Assembly: GCA_965219415.1 (NCBI GenBank)
Contig: CBDCNP010000002.1
Location: forward strand, 1,632,001-1,696,000
Direction of reading: 5' to 3'
From: Candidatus Marinacidobacterales bacterium
Lineage (GTDB): Bacteria > Acidobacteriota > Vicinamibacteria > Marinacidobacterales > DATDRI01
Length of the DNA stretch: 64,000 nt
Shown: piece by piece, positions 1-8,268 of the stretch
How the letters are laid out: each line of letters opens with the position of its first letter
How positions within the stretch are numbered: position 1 is the stretch's first letter
Notes under the pieces: generated by a model
Database searches by the model: none
Seen by the model: only the letters and a program-made list of their open reading frames with translations
What the model was told of the DNA's origin: nothing
Made by a program: the position numbers and the translations under genes

Positions 1-714
1 TTGGGGGTCAAGGAGTACTACTTCACCGGCGGAGAGCCCTTCATTCATCCCAATATGGTCGAGGTCCTAGAGGCCACCCTTTCGATCGGCCCAGCCACCG
101 TCCTGACGAATGCCACGGTGATAAAGCCCCAGCACGCGGAGCGTCTCGCCGCCGCCGAGGCGCGATCGCCCTATTCGCTCGAGTTTCGCGTCAGCATCGA
201 TGGGTACTCCCCGGAGATGAACGACCCCATCCGAGGGGTAGGAACGTTTCGCAAGGCCATGGATGGCGTTCGACTCCTACTGGCGCATGGGTTCCTCCCC
301 ATCATCACCGTGGCCCAAACCTGGGAAGATGGTCGAGACGACGAAGTCTTTCAGCGTTTCGTCGAAGTACTGAGGATGGAAGGCTATTCCCGTCCCCGGA
401 TCAAAATCATTCCGCCTCTGCGTATCGGTGCCGAAGAAAATAGGTCGCGCTCTTACACCGATACGGAGCGGGTGACATCAGACATGATGTCGGGTTTCGA
501 CACCTCACAACTCATCTGCTCCCACAGTCGTATCGCCACCGATCGGGGCGTGTACGTCTGTCCGATCCTCATCGATTCGCCAGAGGCGAAGATGGGAGCT
601 ACCCTGGCCGAATCGGCCGAACCTTATCCTCTCAAGCACGGTGCCTGCTACACCTGTTACGTGGGGGGCGCTATCTGCAGCAATCTGAGCTCGGGAGGCC
701 GAGATGTCTCTTGA
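1..714 (+). CDS. Radical SAM protein (5' truncated by window edge)
   Basis: FTGGEP, LTNAT and RVSIDG...D.IRG.GTF motifs, plus a Cys-rich C-terminus (C..SR, VCP, CYTC, ICS). The CxxxCxxC motif lies upstream of the window. Confidence 0.85.
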   Translation: MGVKEYYFTGGEPFIHPNMVEVLEATLSIGPATVLTNATVIKPQHAERLAAAEARSPYSLEFRVSIDGYSPEMNDPIRGVGTFRKAMDGVRLLLAHGFLPIITVAQTWEDGRDDEVFQRFVEVLRMEGYSRPRIKIIPPLRIGAEENRSRSYTDTERVTSDMMSGFDTSQLICSHSRIATDRGVYVCPILIDSPEAKMGATLAESAEPYPLKHGACYTCYVGGAICSNLSSGGRDVS

Positions 715-1507
715 GCGCTACGAACGGATCGCGGCCATCGGTGGCGTCTACAGCAACCACCTTGCGCTCGAGGCCGCGGTGAACGACGCGCAACGGCGAG
801 GAGTGGACGCGATCTTCTGTCAGGGCGACCTCGGCGCCTTCGGCCCCAGCCCGGACAAGGTTTTTCCGATTCTGATGGATGCGGGTGTCCAGGTGATGCA
901 GGGCAATTACGACAATTCGATCGGCGCAGGGCTTGCCGACTGTCAATGCGGCTACGTCGATCCCAGAGACAACCACTTCGCAAAGCTCTCTTATGACTAC
1001 ACGTTCGCCAACACGTCCGACCGTTGGAAAGCATGGATGCGCGAGCTACCGGGGTCCATTCGCATTCAACTGGGAAGCCATCGACTGCTGATGAGCCACG
1101 GTTCGCCCCGTAAGATGAACGAGTTTCTGTGGGAGTCGACGACGCCCACTCACTTCTTAGACCGTTTGCTCCAGGAGCACCAGGCCGACGTCGTGCTCAC
1201 GACCCATACCGGCATTCACTGGAAACGTGAGGTTCCAGGAGACCGACACTTCGTCAATGTGGGAGTGATCGGACGCCCGGAGAACGATGGCAACACGCAT
1301 GTCTGGTACACCATCCTGGATGCGCGGAAGGGCCGGAAAGGGTTGACCGTCGAGTTCGTCCCCCTCGAATACGACCACCGAAGTCTCGCCCAGGAAATGG
1401 CTAGCGAGGGACTGCCCCAGGAGTTCATCGACACCGTTCTCACCGGATGGTGGACGACGTGCCTGGAGATTTTGCCTTCAAAGGAACGTAAACGAGGCAA
1501 GTTCTAG
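704..1507 (+). CDS. Calcineurin-like metallophosphoesterase, Cys-containing subfamily
   Basis: GDLG, GNYD, SHGSP and THTG motifs plus DCQC. Overlaps the rSAM stop by 11 nt. Confidence 0.85.
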   Translation: MSLERYERIAAIGGVYSNHLALEAAVNDAQRRGVDAIFCQGDLGAFGPSPDKVFPILMDAGVQVMQGNYDNSIGAGLADCQCGYVDPRDNHFAKLSYDYTFANTSDRWKAWMRELPGSIRIQLGSHRLLMSHGSPRKMNEFLWESTTPTHFLDRLLQEHQADVVLTTHTGIHWKREVPGDRHFVNVGVIGRPENDGNTHVWYTILDARKGRKGLTVEFVPLEYDHRSLAQEMASEGLPQEFIDTVLTGWWTTCLEILPSKERKRGKF

Positions 1508-1518
1508 GAGCCATGGCT

Positions 1519-1550
1519 AGTAATCAGTCACTGATAACTGTTCAATGAAC
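1519..1550. repeat. Short heptamer repeat tract (ACTGATA/ACTGTTC type)
   Basis: agtaatc-agtc-actgata-actgttc-aatgaac; same unit family as 12201-12261. Confidence 0.5.
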
Positions 1551-1568
1551 ATGTAGGAGCGAATTTTC

Positions 1569-2732
1569 ATGTCAAGCGATTCGAATGTTGAGCACGCTGT
1601 CAAAGACCGCTACTCGAAGGCGGCTTCCGCGAAGGAAGACGCACTTTGCTGTCCCGTCGAATGCGAAGAACGCTTCCTCGACGTTCTCCCGAATGAGATT
1701 TTGGAGCGGGACTACGGGTGCGGCGACCCCTCCAAGCACCTCCAGCCGGGCGAGACGGTCCTCGATCTAGGAAGCGGTGGGGGCAAGATTTGCTACATCG
1801 CCGCCCAAGTCGTCGAAAGGGAGGGTAAGGTCATCGGCGTCGACACGAACGATGAGATGCTCGACCTGGCTCGACGCTACCGTCAGGAGATCGGCGATCG
1901 GCTCGGCTACCACAACGTCGCCTTTCACAAAGGCAAGATTCAGGACCTTGCCCTCGACTATGGAAAGCTCGAGCAATACTTGGCCGAGCATCCAGTTACC
2001 ACCGCAACGGAGCTAGAAGCGCTAGAGAGCTGGAAGGACGACCAACGGCGAAACCACCCGATGGTCCCCACGGCGTCGGTCGACGTCCTGGTAAGCAACT
2101 GCGTGCTGAACCTAGTCCGGCCCCAGGACAAGACCGAGCTCTTTCGAGAGATGCATCGCGTCCTCAGGAAAGGCGGTCGGGTCGTGATCTCGGACATTGT
2201 GAGCGATGAGGACGTGCCGGCTCACCTTCAAGTCGATGCGGAGCTTTGGAGTGGCTGTCTTTCTGGTGCCTTTCGCGAGGATGGCTTCCTGACCGCCTTT
2301 GAAGAGGCGGGATTTTACGGCATCCAAGTATTGAAGCGCGACGACAAGCCATGGCAGACGATAGAGGGCATCGAGTTCCGCGCGGTAACCGTCGAGGCCT
2401 ACAAGGGGAGAGAGGGACCATGCCTCGAACGCCACCAGGCGGTCATTTATAAGGGGCCCTGGCGCAGCGTGACCGACGACGACGGCCACACTCTGTTCCG
2501 AGGCCAGCGCATGGCAGTCTGTGACAAGACCTATCGCGTCTATAGCTCTGAACCCTACCGGGGCGCGATCGAGCCGGTAGAGCCATACGAAGACACTCCC
2601 TTATCGGAAGCGACTCCGTTCAATTGCCGGAAAGACACGGTACGACATCCGAAGGAGACCAAGGGGACGGAGTACAACGTTACCGAAACGACCGACGCGC
2701 CCTACTGTGGGCCGGATGGAGACTGCTGTTGA
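1569..2732 (+). CDS. arsM: Arsenite S-adenosylmethionine methyltransferase-like protein with C-terminal extension
   Basis: LCCP, YGCG, LDLGSGGG, SNCVLNL and WSGC match ArsM/AS3MT cysteine motifs. Ends in CC. RBS GGAG upstream. Confidence 0.8.
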   Translation: MSSDSNVEHAVKDRYSKAASAKEDALCCPVECEERFLDVLPNEILERDYGCGDPSKHLQPGETVLDLGSGGGKICYIAAQVVEREGKVIGVDTNDEMLDLARRYRQEIGDRLGYHNVAFHKGKIQDLALDYGKLEQYLAEHPVTTATELEALESWKDDQRRNHPMVPTASVDVLVSNCVLNLVRPQDKTELFREMHRVLRKGGRVVISDIVSDEDVPAHLQVDAELWSGCLSGAFREDGFLTAFEEAGFYGIQVLKRDDKPWQTIEGIEFRAVTVEAYKGREGPCLERHQAVIYKGPWRSVTDDDGHTLFRGQRMAVCDKTYRVYSSEPYRGAIEPVEPYEDTPLSEATPFNCRKDTVRHPKETKGTEYNVTETTDAPYCGPDGDCC

Positions 2733-2774
2733 GCCCGCAAGCTTAGCGCCTCTCATCCGCAGAGCGACGCACCA

Positions 2775-3523
2775 GTGATTCTAGCTGCCCTACTCATCGC
2801 CGGGGCGCTGTTTGTGGCCTATGCCAACGGCGCCAACGACAACTTCAAGGGAGTCGCGACCCTCTATGGAAGCGGCACCGTCGGGTACCGAGGTGCTCTC
2901 GCGTGGGCCACGCTTACTACGTTTGCGGGGTCGCTCTGCTCGGTGTTGCTCGCCGAGAAGCTCGTAAGAATTTTTTCCGCGAAAGGTTTGGTCCCGGAAT
3001 CGGTCGCGGGAACGCCCGAGTTCCTCGCTGCGGTGGCACTCGGAGCCGCTCTCACGGTATTCTTGGCGACCCTCCTCCTCTACTAGACGCAGGACACTTT
3101 CTCAGCGCGGGCGCGGTGAGTTTTGCGCGAGGGTTGAACGACGCACCGAAGATCGTAGGGCTGATGTTTGTGCTCGAGGCCCTAAGCGTACGAACGAACC
3201 TCTTGCTGGTCGCCACGGTCATGGCGGTAGGAGGTCTCCTCCAAGCGCGGAAAGTAGGAGAGACAGTCGCTCATCGAATTACGCGGATGAATCACGCTCA
3301 AGGCTTCGTCGCCAACCTCGTCACGTCTTGCCTCGTGCTCACAGCCAGCGCGAGCGGACTACCCGTTTCCACGACTCACGTGTCTTGCGGATCTTTTTTC
3401 GGAATCGGCCTAATCACCGAGCAAGCCAACGTTGGGGTTATCCGGCAAGTCGTGTCGTCCTAGCTCCTGACACTTCCACTCGCAGCGGTCCTCGCCGGCG
3501 TCGCCAGTCTAGTCTTGAGCTAG
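2775..3523 (+). pseudogene. PiT-family inorganic phosphate transporter pseudogene
   Basis: N-terminal GAND motif in one frame; GLND and PVSTTH in another. Frame break near 3070-3086, premature TAG at 3461, probable original stop at 3521-3523. Confidence 0.85.
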
Positions 3524-4134
3524 GGGCCAGCGAGCCGTGCTCTCCGAACGTCCCGTGTAATCCGAGCGAAACGTTCGCCAGCGAGGCGCGCCTCCTCCAA
3601 CTCTTTTTCCGATAGACCCGGATCGGCGGGCCCGGTAGTGGCTTCCGCGCCGAGGTTGCCGAACCCGTCGGCCTGGAGCCCTCCGACCGCGACAAAGCGC
3701 ATGTTCATGAAGGCGGAAAGGATGGCGATTCTAGCGAGCTCTTTCCCCGACGCCACGGCTCCCCCGGTGCAGAACGCGCCCGCGGTCCGCCCCTCTCCGT
3801 GTTGTCCCTCACCCTCACCCAGGACGCGACCCACACGATCCACGAAGTCCTTGGCGCGCGCGCTGAGTCCTCCCCACTGGACAGGCGTTCCTACGAGAAT
3901 ACCGTCCGCGTTCCGAATGTCCTCGTCCTTTACCTCAGACACACTCCGCAGAACCGGCTCGGTATTCGGAACCGAGGAGATCCCCTCCACGATCGTCTTA
4001 GCCAGCGACTCGGTATTCCCCGTTTCGGAGTAATAGGCCACCAAGATGGTCGCTTTGCCGGCCTCCGCCGCGCTCGATGCCGCCGGAGTCATCAAGGCTG
4101 CCAGGAAAAGCATGAAAGAAAGGAGAAAATTCAT
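3520..4134 (-). CDS. WrbA-like flavodoxin / NAD(P)H:quinone oxidoreductase with signal peptide
   Basis: YYSETGNT FMN loop and ADGILVGTP. GGAGG RBS before ATG 4134. Hydrophobic N-terminus ending in Ala-rich ASSAA. Confidence 0.8.
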   Translation of the reverse strand: MNFLLSFMLFLAALMTPAASSAAEAGKATILVAYYSETGNTESLAKTIVEGISSVPNTEPVLRSVSEVKDEDIRNADGILVGTPVQWGGLSARAKDFVDRVGRVLGEGEGQHGEGRTAGAFCTGGAVASGKELARIAILSAFMNMRFVAVGGLQADGFGNLGAEATTGPADPGLSEKELEEARLAGERFARITRDVRRARLAGP

Positions 4135-4222
4135 CGATCGCCTCCGCAACTGAGCGTCTATCGCCAGCCAATAGTACATGCTGAAGTGACCCCGCTTTCG
4201 TGGACAGGTTAAGAGTTAGGGA

Positions 4223-5074
4223 TCAAGCGTCGCGATAGTACCTCCTTTCGAATTGGATAGGCGAGCAATAGTCGATGGCGGAGTGTCGTCGTCGCGGGTT
4301 GTACCAGCCTTCGATGAAATCGAAGGTCGCCATGCGCGCCTCAGCGTGGTAGCGAAACGACCGGCGCTCGATCAGCTCGCACTCGAGCGTCGCGAAGAAG
4401 CTCTCGCACATCGCATTGTCGTAACAGTCCCCGACCGAACCCATCGACGGTCGCACCCCGGCCTCCCGGCATCGCTGGCCGAACGCTAGTGACGTGTACT
4501 GCGTGCCCTGGTCCGAGTGATGGATGACGTCGCCGGGCTTGCGTTGGAACAGCGCCATGTCGAGGGCGCTCAAGACGAGCGACGTCCGCAGGTGGGTAGC
4601 CATTGCCCATCCGACGATGCGTCGGCTGAAGGCGTCCAGCACGACGGCGAGGAACAAGAAGCCCGACCACGTGGGCACGTAGGTGATATCGGCGACCCAC
4701 AGGCGGTCGGGCCGGTCCACCTCGAAATTCCTGTCGACGAGATCGGGGGCGGGACGGGCGTCGTCACAGCGAATCGTAGTGTGCGCCCTCTTGCGCCGGT
4801 GAACACCTTGAATGCCAGCCTCGCGCATTAGCCGCGCTACACGCTTGCGTGAGACGTGGAGCTCGTGTGTCTCTCGTAGCTCGTGGAGGATCCTCGGCGC
4901 GCCGTACGTGCTCCGCGACGCGGTGTGAATCGCCCGGATCTTCTCAAGCAACTCCGCATCCGACACCGCGCGGGCCGACGGGGCACGCTCAAGCCACGCA
5001 TAGTAGCCGCTGGCGGAGACGTCCAGCAGTCGGCACATCGTGGCAACCGGTAGTGAATCCTGGTTCGCCCTCAC
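4223..5074 (-). CDS. IS3 transposase OrfB (DDE/rve domain)
   Basis: WVADITY, HHSDQG.QY and DNAMCESFF motifs. GTGA overlap with the orfA stop. Confidence 0.95.
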   Translation of the reverse strand: MRANQDSLPVATMCRLLDVSASGYYAWLERAPSARAVSDAELLEKIRAIHTASRSTYGAPRILHELRETHELHVSRKRVARLMREAGIQGVHRRKRAHTTIRCDDARPAPDLVDRNFEVDRPDRLWVADITYVPTWSGFLFLAVVLDAFSRRIVGWAMATHLRTSLVLSALDMALFQRKPGDVIHHSDQGTQYTSLAFGQRCREAGVRPSMGSVGDCYDNAMCESFFATLECELIERRSFRYHAEARMATFDFIEGWYNPRRRHSAIDYCSPIQFERRYYRDA

Positions 5075-5385
5075 GAATCGGAAGGCTTCGGTGGTACCGA
5101 CTCGGTCTCCCGAGCGAACCAGGCCGCGGCTTTTGAGAGGATCTCCCGCTCCAACCGTAGTTGACGGTTCTCCCGTCGCAGGCGGCGGAGCTCCGCACGC
5201 TCCTCACTCGTCAGACCGTCCTGCCTGCGACCCTCGTCGAGATCCGCCTGGTTCACCCAGTTCCGGATCGTCTGGCCCGAGGGCTCAAACTCTCGCGCCA
5301 GCTCTTCGGAGCCGCGGCCAGCTCGCACCAGCTCTACCATTTGGCGCCGGAATTCGGCCGCGTATCTGTTTCCCTGCTTTGACAT
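5071..5385 (-). CDS. IS3 transposase OrfA (HTH, leucine zipper)
   Basis: Y..EFR.....L HTH and ELRRLRRENRQLRLEREILSKAAAWF motif. Confidence 0.95.
   Translation of the reverse strand: MSKQGNRYAAEFRRQMVELVRAGRGSEELAREFEPSGQTIRNWVNQADLDEGRRQDGLTSEERAELRRLRRENRQLRLEREILSKAAAWFARETESVPPKPSDS
5130..5134 (-). promoter_or_regulatory. Probable -1 programmed frameshift site (AAAAG) for OrfAB
   Basis: A4G tract at the ILSKAA codons, the usual IS3 frameshift position. Confidence 0.65.
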
Positions 5386-5546
5386 CGTGGACTCCTGTCT
5401 CCCAAAGGATTAGGTGTCCACGAAAGCGGGTCAAGTCCATGCTCCGCGTGGGACTTGCAGGCCGGGCCCCAATTGTGGCATTTGTTACGTGCGATTGGTC
5501 CTTTGGCGGCACTCAGGGCCGCCCGGCCGGCTTTCTGGCCGCGAGC

Positions 5547-5650
5547 GAGGAGCCTTCAGCTGCCGCGGAGCGCGAACGCGCGGAGCGGCTAGCGGTGGGG
5601 GTGGGGGTGGGGCCCCATCGCACTATTGGATGAACGGGGCGCGAGCGAGC
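5547..5650. repeat. Dispersed GC-rich intergenic repeat, family A (GGGGGTGGGGCCCC core)
   Basis: Shares GAGCCTTCAGCT, AGCGGCTAGCG and GGGGGTGGGGCC with 18500-18590. Confidence 0.6.
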
Positions 5651-5669
5651 ATTAATTAATGGAGGCTAG

Positions 5670-5987
5670 ATGGAGTTCAAAGACCTAGAAAAGATGACCG
5701 TCGTCAAACTTCGTGCGGAAGCAGCGAAGTTCGAAGACTTGAAAGGCGTCTCCGGCATGAACAAGCCGCAGCTCATCGACGCCTTATGCCAGAAACTCGA
5801 AATCGAACGACCGCACGTCGAGGTCGAGGGGATTGACAAACCCACGATCAAGGGCCGCCTCAAGGAACTTCAGGCCAAGCGTAAGCAGGCACTTGCCGAT
5901 CGCAATAACGAAACGCTCGCCGACCTGAGAATGAGAATCAAAAGATACAAGAGGATGCTCAAGAAGCACAGTCACGTGACGGCATAG
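5670..5987 (+). CDS. Small basic protein with Rho N-terminal-like domain
   Basis: LEKMTVVKLR..A......GVSGMNK.QLIDA pattern; GGAGG RBS. Confidence 0.7.
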   Translation: MEFKDLEKMTVVKLRAEAAKFEDLKGVSGMNKPQLIDALCQKLEIERPHVEVEGIDKPTIKGRLKELQAKRKQALADRNNETLADLRMRIKRYKRMLKKHSHVTA

Positions 5988-6153
5988 CGCTAAATCCAAG
6001 CAGCCTATCCCCACCCTTCCGAATATCGGCCGGCTCTTCGGTCATCAGGTCGCACACCGGGTCGGACTTTGTGGCCCGATAGTTGCAACTGCCTCACCCT
6101 TCGAGCACTCCTGATCGCCTTTTCGACCGACCGGATTTTTTTTGATTCCGGGG

Positions 6154-6183
6154 TTGACTTCCTGCACTTGGAGCGGCTAGGAT
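6154..6183 (+). promoter_or_regulatory. Putative sigma70 promoter of the Lrp gene
   Basis: TTGACT-18-TAGGAT. Confidence 0.5.
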
Positions 6184-6210
6184 CGCCTCCTCTTTTCGGT
6201 TGTGGATTCT

Positions 6211-6729
6211 ATGAGCCCGCCTATTGACTTTATCGATAAACAGATTCTCAAAGCGCTCCTCTCCAAAGGACGAAGTACGTTCGCCGAGTTGGCCGCGCAG
6301 GTTGGCCTAACGGCACCTACCGTTCACGATAGAGTCAAGAAGCTCGAACGCACCGGAATCATCGAGGGTTACTCCGCCTCGGTCAATCCTTCGACCCTGG
6401 GATACGACATCAGCGCCTTCGTCAGCATCACCACAAGCGGTAGCGTCCCTTCGCGTGAATATGAAGGAAGACTCGCTGGGATGACCGAGGTTCAGGCGTG
6501 TTACAGTGTTGCAGGGGAAGAAACCTACATGGCTCGGGTCATTACGAAGAACCCGCGAACCCTAGAGTTGCTCCTACAAAGAATCAAAGACTTACCCGGC
6601 ACGCTGCGCACGAAGGCGACCGTCGTGCTGTCCTCCCCAGTCAACCGACACACGCTGCCGCTGGACGAGGAGGTTCGAGAGTTTCCGGGAGAGCAGCCGG
6701 CTCTTGCTCGGTCTCAGGGCATCCGCTAA
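6211..6729 (+). CDS. Lrp/AsnC family transcriptional regulator
   Basis: ID.ID.QIL..L...GR....ELA..VGL HTH with RVKKLE..GII and a C-terminal RAM domain. Start could be GTG 6202. Confidence 0.92.
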   Translation: MSPPIDFIDKQILKALLSKGRSTFAELAAQVGLTAPTVHDRVKKLERTGIIEGYSASVNPSTLGYDISAFVSITTSGSVPSREYEGRLAGMTEVQACYSVAGEETYMARVITKNPRTLELLLQRIKDLPGTLRTKATVVLSSPVNRHTLPLDEEVREFPGEQPALARSQGIR

Positions 6730-6759
6730 GTTCTACTCACCTCGCGCTTCCAGACCGGT

Positions 6760-6799
6760 GTCTGGCCACGTTGACGTAAAGCACCGGGCCATTTTGACG
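6760..6799 (+). repeat. Dispersed 40-bp motif, family C
   Basis: GTCTGGCCAC-N-TTG-N7-GCAC-CGGGC-CATTTTGACG; 33/40 identical to 11612-11651. Confidence 0.75.
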
Positions 6800-6889
6800 C
6801 CCGGCATGCGACCCCGTTGAGGAGCGACACGGGGCTCTGACCCCCAGTAGAAACTGCACTCGAAAAGCGGAGTGCGGAAATTCTCGCAC

Positions 6890-8257
6890 CTAGCGCTCGT
6901 CTAGACGTCGCAGCAGCAAGTTCATCGCAACCAGTAGCGGGTTCCAGAGGGTTCCAACCGGCGGTGTGTACGCAAGGTCCAGCTGAGCGGCGTCATCCAC
7001 GGTCATTTTTGTGGCGAGCGCGGTCGCTACGACATCGATTCGCACCGAAGCCATGTCGCTGCCAACGATTTGAGCACCCAAGAGTCGGCGAGTTACCGGA
7101 TCGGCAAGAACCTTGACCACCGAGGGTTCGGCTCCGAAATAGGAGGCCTGAAAACGGCCTTCCACCCGTGCCTCTACGACTCGATACCCCTCTCGCTTCG
7201 CCTGCTCGGTCGTCAGGCCGGTTCGTGCGGCGACAAGCCCGAAAACCTTCACCGCGGTGGTGCCCACCGCCCCACGGAAATACGACACCCTGCCGGCCAT
7301 GTTCTCGCCCGCCACCCGACCCTGCTTGGCGGCTACCGTTCCGAGAGGGTCGAAGCTTGGCCTACCGGTGACTAGATTCACCGACTCTGCACAGTTGCCC
7401 GCCGCGTAGACGGCCGAGACATTCGTCTCCATCCGCTCTGAGACCGCGATCGCGCCACTTGCTCCGAGCTGGATACCTGAACCAGCTATGACGTCTACCC
7501 GAGGCGCCACGCCGACATCTGCGAGCACGAGATCTGCAGGCAGCCGGTGTCCACTTCCGACCAATTCCACGCCTTCTACCGAGCCATCGGGGCGGGATAG
7601 GATCCGCCCTACCGAGCGACGCGTCATGACCCGGACGCCTTTCGCCTGGAGCTCCGATTCCAGCGGTGAAGCCATGTCGGGATCGATGGCTGGGAACACG
7701 GCTGGCGACTTCTCTACCAGCGTGACACGAACCCCACGCTCACGGAAGGCCTCCGCCATCTCCAAGCCGACGTATCCCCCTCCGATCAAAACAACTTGCT
7801 TCACTCGCCCCGAATCGAGCCACTGGCCGATGGCCTCACCGTGCTCGATACGGCTGACAGTGAAGACCCCGGAGGCATCGAGGCCTTGGATCTCGGGACG
7901 GGTCGTTTTGTATCCAGTAGCTATCAGCAGTTTGTCGTACTTGAGGGTCTCCTTCTTGTGGTTCGCCAGGTCTTCGACGACCACCGAGCGCCTCGAAGGA
8001 AGGATCTCCATCACGCGGGTCTCGATCCGAGCGGATATCCCACGATCGTTTTGTAGGCGTTCTGGAGAAAAATAAAGAAGATCGCCGAAGCGCGAGATGC
8101 GCCCCCCCAACCAGTAAGGTAGGCCGCAAATGCTATACGAGATATAGCGGCTCGCTTCGAGAACCGTGATGGAGAGCGAAGGACAGAGTCGCTTGGCTCG
8201 GGAGGCCGCGGTCATTCCGGCAGCGTTCCCGCCGATCACGAGATGGTGTTCAGCCAT
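6890..8257 (-). CDS. CoA-disulfide reductase / NADH oxidase-like flavoprotein
   Basis: VIGGNAAG, SYSICGLPY, IGGGYVGLEMAE and LDLAYTPP motifs. Confidence 0.9.
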   Translation of the reverse strand: MAEHHLVIGGNAAGMTAASRAKRLCPSLSITVLEASRYISYSICGLPYWLGGRISRFGDLLYFSPERLQNDRGISARIETRVMEILPSRRSVVVEDLANHKKETLKYDKLLIATGYKTTRPEIQGLDASGVFTVSRIEHGEAIGQWLDSGRVKQVVLIGGGYVGLEMAEAFRERGVRVTLVEKSPAVFPAIDPDMASPLESELQAKGVRVMTRRSVGRILSRPDGSVEGVELVGSGHRLPADLVLADVGVAPRVDVIAGSGIQLGASGAIAVSERMETNVSAVYAAGNCAESVNLVTGRPSFDPLGTVAAKQGRVAGENMAGRVSYFRGAVGTTAVKVFGLVAARTGLTTEQAKREGYRVVEARVEGRFQASYFGAEPSVVKVLADPVTRRLLGAQIVGSDMASVRIDVVATALATKMTVDDAAQLDLAYTPPVGTLWNPLLVAMNLLLRRLDER

Positions 8258-8268
8258 GGACACTGGAA

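Larger units (their letters stand above)
4182..5439 (-). mobile_element. Complete IS3-family insertion sequence (1258 bp)
   Basis: 25-bp imperfect IRs with TG...CA ends (4182-4206, 5415-5439), 3-bp target duplication TGC (4179-4181, 5440-5442), orfA/orfB layout. Confidence 0.95.

Noticed and set aside
2730-2775. Selenocysteine read-through at the arsM TGA
   Set aside because: Terminal CC-stop is a normal ArsM ending, and I see no convincing SECIS hairpin.
4135-4179. Tat signal from the extended ORF (LRRRS)
   Set aside because: The GGAGG RBS supports ATG 4134, and the extension overlaps the putative promoter.
6760-6799. Family C motif as dif, attC or a sigma54 promoter
   Set aside because: It lacks the TTATGTTAAA XerD arm, the RYYYAAC/GTTRRRY ends and a correctly spaced GG-N10-GC.
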